Assembly (NCBI RefSeq): GCF_003704095.1
Contig: NW_020847410.1
Coordinates: forward strand, 124,001 to 188,000
Length of the DNA: 64,000 bases
From: Pocillopora damicornis
Taxonomy: Eukaryota
Direction: 5' to 3'
The notes under the pieces are model-generated. The model worked only from the letters and a program-made list of their open reading frames with translations, had not been told where the DNA came from and made no database searches. Below are positions 58,001 to 64,000 of the stretch, piece by piece (the stretch's first letter is position 1; each line of letters starts with the position of its first letter). Both the position numbers and the translations under genes were made by a program.

Positions 58001-61000
58001 ACATTGTTGTGATTTACAGCAGCACTGGAAATTTGAATTGATTTCATCTTGAAATGATAGTTATAAGCACCTGTAACTGAATGAGTAACAGTCTGTAAAA
58101 TAAAATGGTTCATACAGCTTTAGATTATTTAAAGTTTGATTTTCAGACTGATCTTTATCCTCTAGGTTGCTCATTTCTACAACACAATAGACCAGCAAAT
58201 GATTCCAAGCCAGCAATCCATGATGTTGGACTCAGCTCTGTCATTTGAACGCCTGGTGAAGAATCCCAAGACAGGCTCAAAAGAGAGTGGTGGAAAAACC
58301 CAGGTGACTTGGGACAATCCACTTGAATTGGAGGCTTACATCGATAAACTTCAAGCTGCCGCCGACAAGTTGACATCAGAGAACAGGAGGCTACGCAAGT
58401 GTCATTATAACATCAGTGACAAGGTAGAATATTTGTTGTTTTCATCTAAATGTATGTTGAAGTATAGTTATACTGTATTTATTTCATCTTTCTCTGCCCC
58501 CTCTCCTTCTCTTTTACCCTGAAAAAAAGCCAAAACACAGAAGTAACATAGACAGCAGCATCTAATCGTGTGAAAAATAAATCGCACAAAACATCCCTAG
58601 CTTCACATCTCGAAATCCTCGAAACGTGACCAAAAAAATTTTCACGAAAACGCTGAATAAATTCTTGAACGGCCTTGAATGTCTGGAATCTTGACTCCCG
58701 TCTCAAACCTCAAGGTTTTCGAGAGTGAAAGGTTGGGAATCGTGGATCGAGAATCAATGATCGAGAATGGTAGATCGAGTTTCGAGAGACTCTCAACTCA
58801 CATTCGAGCGATTCCGCACTCTTAGTCGCTTCAGTTTGTTAAAACATGCATGGGATAAGCACAAGTAGGTATAAGACTCTGGCTTTTAGGACCAAAATTC
58901 TTAGGTTCCTGGATGTTGTGCACATTCATTAACATGAACAACTTTCCTTATCTCATGTCGAAGGTTGTGAATCTAATGAGCATCGATCTGCTTAGACAGC
59001 AACCCCGCTGGAAAGAAGCTCTTGTGTCCTTAAGAGAGATGATGACATCCCTTGTCCAACAGGTACTGTTTTGTTTCTTGTTTGTTTTTTTTTTTTTTAA
59101 ACAATGTTATGCTTGTAGTTTAAATGGTAGGGCCATCTACAGTGATAGCAGTCACGGCACCATATGACTTCAACCACATGTACCCTAGATCCTCTAACCT
59201 AAGCCTCCATCAAGAGATTCAAATTATTTAAGATACTCCTTTCCCCCGGTTCACTAATTCCTAATCAAAACAGTGGACAGATCAAGTGTCAAGTGTGGTG
59301 TGGTCATTCATTTGGGCTAAGAAGGGTTTAAAATATACTTGTATTTAAAGGCCTGCAATATTTTCCGTTTTCTGCATGTCTGGGTGTCCATGCTATTTAG
59401 TTCCATGGATGGATAGGACTAATACATGTAAATGCACACTTATTGGTTCCGCCAGTGTTAAAAACAGGTTTAGGGGTGGTGTGGCAGTGGGGAAGTTGTG
59501 GAACACTTCGAATTACCTTGTTTTTTTAAAAAGGGGTTTAAAGCAGACAACATGAAGACCTGGAAGATGCACTGGGATCGTCAGCTGTACAAGACTTTAG
59601 AACATCAGTATCAGATGGGACTTGAGGCCCTGAACGAGAATCTGCCAGAGATAAAAGTTGAACTGGTCTTTAGGTTGGTAGATATTCAAAACCCTAAGCC
59701 CTCTGATCCTATTACGAAACCTTTTACTCCCGGAAGCGACTCATGAGTAAATTCTCCTCATAATATCGATCAAAATTTTTAAGCCATAGTTGGCGAGAAG
59801 AAAGCCAGATATCTACGAGGGGATTTTCGGTTTGTTTTCACACAGATCTCTTTGAGTTTAAAATATGAAACAACAATATTGAAAACAAAAGCTACAAAAG
59901 TTTAAGGGCATGTAGAGAGCATTGACACAGAGATCTTAATAACACCTAGAAAGCTGACTACTTTCGAAAGTGGGTAGATTTGTAGTCTTCTTCTGGTGGT
60001 TCGCTCGAAGAATATCACATTCATTATTTTATACTGCTTTTCCTCCAATTGTAGACAGCAAAAGCTACAATTCCGTCCTCCACTGGAAGAAATCCGAGCC
60101 AAGTATTACAGAGAAATGAGAAAATTTATTTCTATTCCAAACCATTTCCGAGGAGTCGGTGAAGACAACAGTATCTACCCAATCATGATTGATCAAAACT
60201 CTGCAGGTTTTACAACTGTCTACAAGAAAGCAGAGGATCTCTTCAGGCGTCTAGTGGAAGTACAGGATCAGTTTAAGGACTGGGTAGTACTGGGGACTGT
60301 GGATCTTGAGAAGCTGATTGAGACTCACTTGCAGACTGTTCCAGACTGGGAGAGGAACTTCAAAGCCATAAAGACTAAGGGGAGAGAAGCTGAAAAACTA
60401 CCTTTGTGAGTTGTTGCTAATTCTCAAAAGCCTGAATATATCGCTGCTACCCATAACTCGAGTATCTGGTGCATATTTCGTCGGTAGTTTTTGTTGGAGA
60501 AAAACCTCAATGTTTGCAAATATTGTTTATTTTAGGGGGTCAGGATCGACCGTTATTATTTTATTTCAGGGAAGGGTTAGCTATTGTACATGTAGGAATA
60601 CAATGGTTGATACTTTGTAAATTTGTGAGAATGTCATGCACATTGTATATTAAGAATTACGTAAGTATCTGTAATTTTTTCCTTAGCATAAGGGAACCTG
60701 GTTTGCTCCTCCAATTACAGTTTTTTTATTTCGCTAATGAAGTCTGTGCAATCAGATCAAAACAGTCAGAAAGTGGAGGAGCATAACGTGTGCGCTGTTG
60801 GCCTCTAATCGTTAAATAACTATGCAATGGTTAAGACATTTTCCCACTCCTTCAGTTTATGAGTTTGCAAAACTTGATGCACGGTTACTTCTATATCAAG
60901 AGGATCATAAATGATGTATTTTTCATCAAGTCAATCCAAAATTCGCGATTCTTCTATATGAAATCATTCTTTTTGTTCCGGACAGGAATATAAAGGTTGA

Positions 61001-63630
61001 CTGCATCAGTGTTTCTACTTCACCTGTCAAGTCAACAATCGACGACCTCATACAGCAGTTATTTGATGCGCTGTTGACGTCTCTGCGGCGCTCCATAACA
61101 AATGAAGTGCAGATCATTGACACCTTTTTGACATCTGCCACGGAAGCTCTTTCATCCAGGCCACAAACTGTTGAGGAGATAGGAGAGGCCAATGCCAAAC
61201 ATGCAGAACTGGCCACAGAGAAATTAAAGGCATGTCTTTGAACTTGTAAGGTGTTGTTATTTTCGTTAAAAAGCGAGAGATCGTGCACTTTAAAAATGGC
61301 TCGTGTTCGCAACACACATAATTCACTTAAAACACTATTTGAAGCCTCTCGGTTGTTTAACCCTTCACATTCCTCTCTATAAATTTCTTTGGTACGGACA
61401 GAGAGATGTTATTGTTTTGGAGTGATACTGTAAGAAGAAATCTGATACTAGTAACTTTTAGGGTTTATGGGGTTGATGCTTGGAATGTGCAACTATTACC
61501 CCCAAGATCACCTGCTTGTCTACATGCAAAATTTCTTCCTTTAGAAACAGCTGACTTTGATCGATTTTGTGTCAGAACAAAACATATACCATAGTATAGG
61601 CATCATGCAGTAACTTTCCTGATTATCTGTAGGTTTTCCCATTATTTGAAAAAGCTGAATCCAAGAACAAGTTGTTGCGTTCAGTTGCTGGCGGAGGGGT
61701 GGATCAGATTGGCCAGCTGCAGGCGAGGTGGGACAAGTTTGAAATGATGATGGAGAGTCATGAACTGATGGTTAAAGAACAGGTTAGTAAATGCAACTTG
61801 ACCAGCACGCTATGAATAGTCGCCATTGATTTTCGAAAGTAACCTATATAGCAATTTTTCAATGGTAAAACCTAAAAATGCTCCATCTCTCTTACTCCAA
61901 TGTTCTCGACGTTGAGTACCTATGCATGCAAAACTTTTCTGGAAGTGAATTTCTGATGCGGTGAATGCTGTGGAGTGGTTAAGATACTTGACATACGAAG
62001 TATCGATTGCATAAAGTGCAGCTTTAGGTTTTTAGCGTCCTAAATATTTTTTTTTTGTGTGTGAAAAAAAAAAATACTGTCAACTCAGAGGGCAGCACAA
62101 AAACATCAGCTTGATGAGATAGAGAAGTGGATGGCAGGCAATACTGTACAAAGAAAGTACTAGGATGGCTGAGGGTGGGGAAGGTTAAAATGAATTCCAA
62201 ACAACGAACAGTCTCAGTCTGTCGAGCTATAAAGTTTGCAAGATGCAGGGACCGTTGTCGGTACCAAGCTTTGAAATGATCTTTTGACAGGTGGAAGTGA
62301 TGAAGAGCAATGTCGAGTCAAGGGTGCAGGCCTTCCAACAAGAACTGGACAAATTCAGTGCCCGCTGGCACCAACTGAAACCCCGTGACATCGATGAGTA
62401 CAAGGACAAACAGTCGTGCCTGGCAGCAGTCAATTCAATCAATGAGAGAAAGGCAGAGTTTAGTGAACTGGAGGAAACGATGAAAAAGCTCATGTAAGGG
62501 CACAGATACATGTAGTTCAGTAACTTGGAGATAGCGTAGACAATCGTATTCATATAAAACTTGTTGAATGGATCTGTATTACTTAAATGAGATTTTGATA
62601 GATCGCCTAAGTCACGGATTTAAACGTGATTATGTGATTTAGAAACCCTTTAATTCAACTATGCGCACTCGAAGTCTTCCTTTGAAAAACAAATCATGGC
62701 AATCTATAGGAAGTAAAAGGGTAAAGTTCCTTTAACTCTAATTCAAATCCTGAGTCGTGAAAGCTTTGACAAGTTATTTTTTAGCCTTATTTCCCCACCA
62801 TTGCTGGTTCGCTCACTAGATGTACTTTTTTTCGTGGCTTCTTTTGTCGTCGATTCCCTGCTAGCTACCAACTTTTGATCGACTTAGTGCAGAGCTGTAA
62901 GGTTTGCAGTGAACAAATGAGATAACCTTAATTTTTCAGCTTTGAATGTCAGCACTTTGGCGTTGCTGAGCCTCAGTTTACGGCAGCAGAAGAACTCAAA
63001 GTCGATATCTCTCAACATGAAGCAATGTGGGGACTGTATGAAGAGTTCAGTAACGGATTGGAGGAGCTGGCTAAGGAAGACTGGATATCATTCAGGTAAA
63101 TTATACTGCAATAGGCTATGGTAGGTTGTCGAGAGATCTTCGGCACATGAAATTTGAAGAAAAACTCCAATAGTGCGTCGTTAAGTTATAAGATAATGAA
63201 GCCGTTCATGACCTTCAATGAATGCGTCTCAAAGACAGTCGACTGGGAGGTGGACCTTAATGAAACTATCCAAAGAACTGAAAAAAGTAATCGTCCAAAT
63301 CAGGTTAGTTGGCGGCTACGATTCAGTACAAATCAATGTTTCGTTGCACAGTGAAACAAAAAAAAATCGTGAAACTAGTAGTTGACAATATTAAATAGCA
63401 ATGCCAATATGTTTGAGCTGCGTTGAAAATATTATATAAAGTGTTTCCCCTTCCTACAATGCAATTTGGCATGAGTGTAGACGGAAGGAATGACGATTAC
63501 TGCAATCTTTCTGTACAGGGGTCATCTCTATAGATTTGATGACTTTTTGACGGCTTGGTCCGAGAAACTAAGAGCTAAGGAACCAACAAGTATGACTGTG
63601 AGACTGCAGAAAGATGTCGACAAATACAAG
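52046..63630 (+). CDS. DYNC2H1: Cytoplasmic dynein 2 heavy chain 1, first 16 exons (52046-52670, 53527-53921, 54119-54370, 54638-54711, 55588-55759, 56183-56358, 57318-57513, 58166-58423, 58964-59062, 59534-59673, 60055-60405, 60986-61229, 61633-61782, 62291-62493, 62940-63095, 63519-63630); continues beyond the window
   Basis: N-terminus DVRKDFIVATTGNYFG...KVLVFFKLRPEAIT...FAPLLLKDEKWSRNFDPKLQSLLSELEAGLG matches the dynein-2 heavy chain tail; also HWDRQLYKTLEHQYQMGLEALNENLPEI, LQFRPPLEEIRAKYYREM and DWERNFK. Phases are consistent. Confidence 0.96.
55162..55291. mobile_element. PIF/Harbinger-type MITE in a DYNC2H1 intron
   Basis: TIRs CTGGGCCCAGTTGTTCAA / TTGAACAACTAGGGCCAG with internal GGATA repeats. 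Confidence 0.7.
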
Positions 63631-64000
63631 GTTAAGACTGATCCAGTGACTTAGTTGTCGTTGTAATGTACAGAAGTTTTAAAACCAGTGTAAGGCTTAA
63701 GAAATCGCCTGAGCAGGAAAACAAAAAGTCGACGTTTTGAGCATGAGCCCTGCAGTAGAGGACTCCTTTGTTACATGCCACTGGTTGTAGCTAGAGAGAA
63801 TCATTCTGTCTTGCTCCGAAACGGAGCAAACGCTTTATAGCTTGTGAGGGGTACCAATCCTTTTCAGGGAGTGAAAAGCGAAGTGATCGCAAAGCTAAAC
63901 ATCACAGGGAACTGGTGAAAAGTTGGCAAGATACAAGTGGCATGGGAAACGCGAATCGGGTCATTGTTAAATGTGTTTGGTTGGAGGGCATGGCGCAAAT

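Overview
Eukaryotic (metazoan) genomic DNA: AT-rich, intron-rich, with seven N gaps. The repeat content (TTAA-ended and TA-ended MITEs, Penelope-type hammerhead repeats) and the PAN+fibrinogen genes suggest a cnidarian, probably a stony coral (inference). Gene order: last three exons of a receptor tyrosine kinase (+); two intronless paralogous ORFs of an unrecognised putative membrane-protein family (-); a complete 13-exon mitochondrial ALDH2 (-) with a truncated LINE in intron 1; an inverted/direct duplicated cluster of signal peptide-PAN(-fibrinogen) genes; a complete 11-exon TFIIIA (GTF3A, nine C2H2 fingers) with an unexpected ~660-aa C-terminal extension (+); two candidate membrane micropeptide ORFs (+); a degenerate PAN gene (-); an ACP5/TRAP purple acid phosphatase (-) with two intact, diverged copies of its last exon; and the first 16 exons of DYNC2H1 (+). 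No rRNA, tRNA or CRISPR array was found. Exon models were built by eye from GT/AG boundaries and reading-frame continuity, and no database searches were run. The best leads are the extended TFIIIA with structured introns carrying cryptic stop-containing acceptors, the unknown tandem gene pair with a shared conserved upstream block, the ACP5 alternative last exons and the micropeptide pair.
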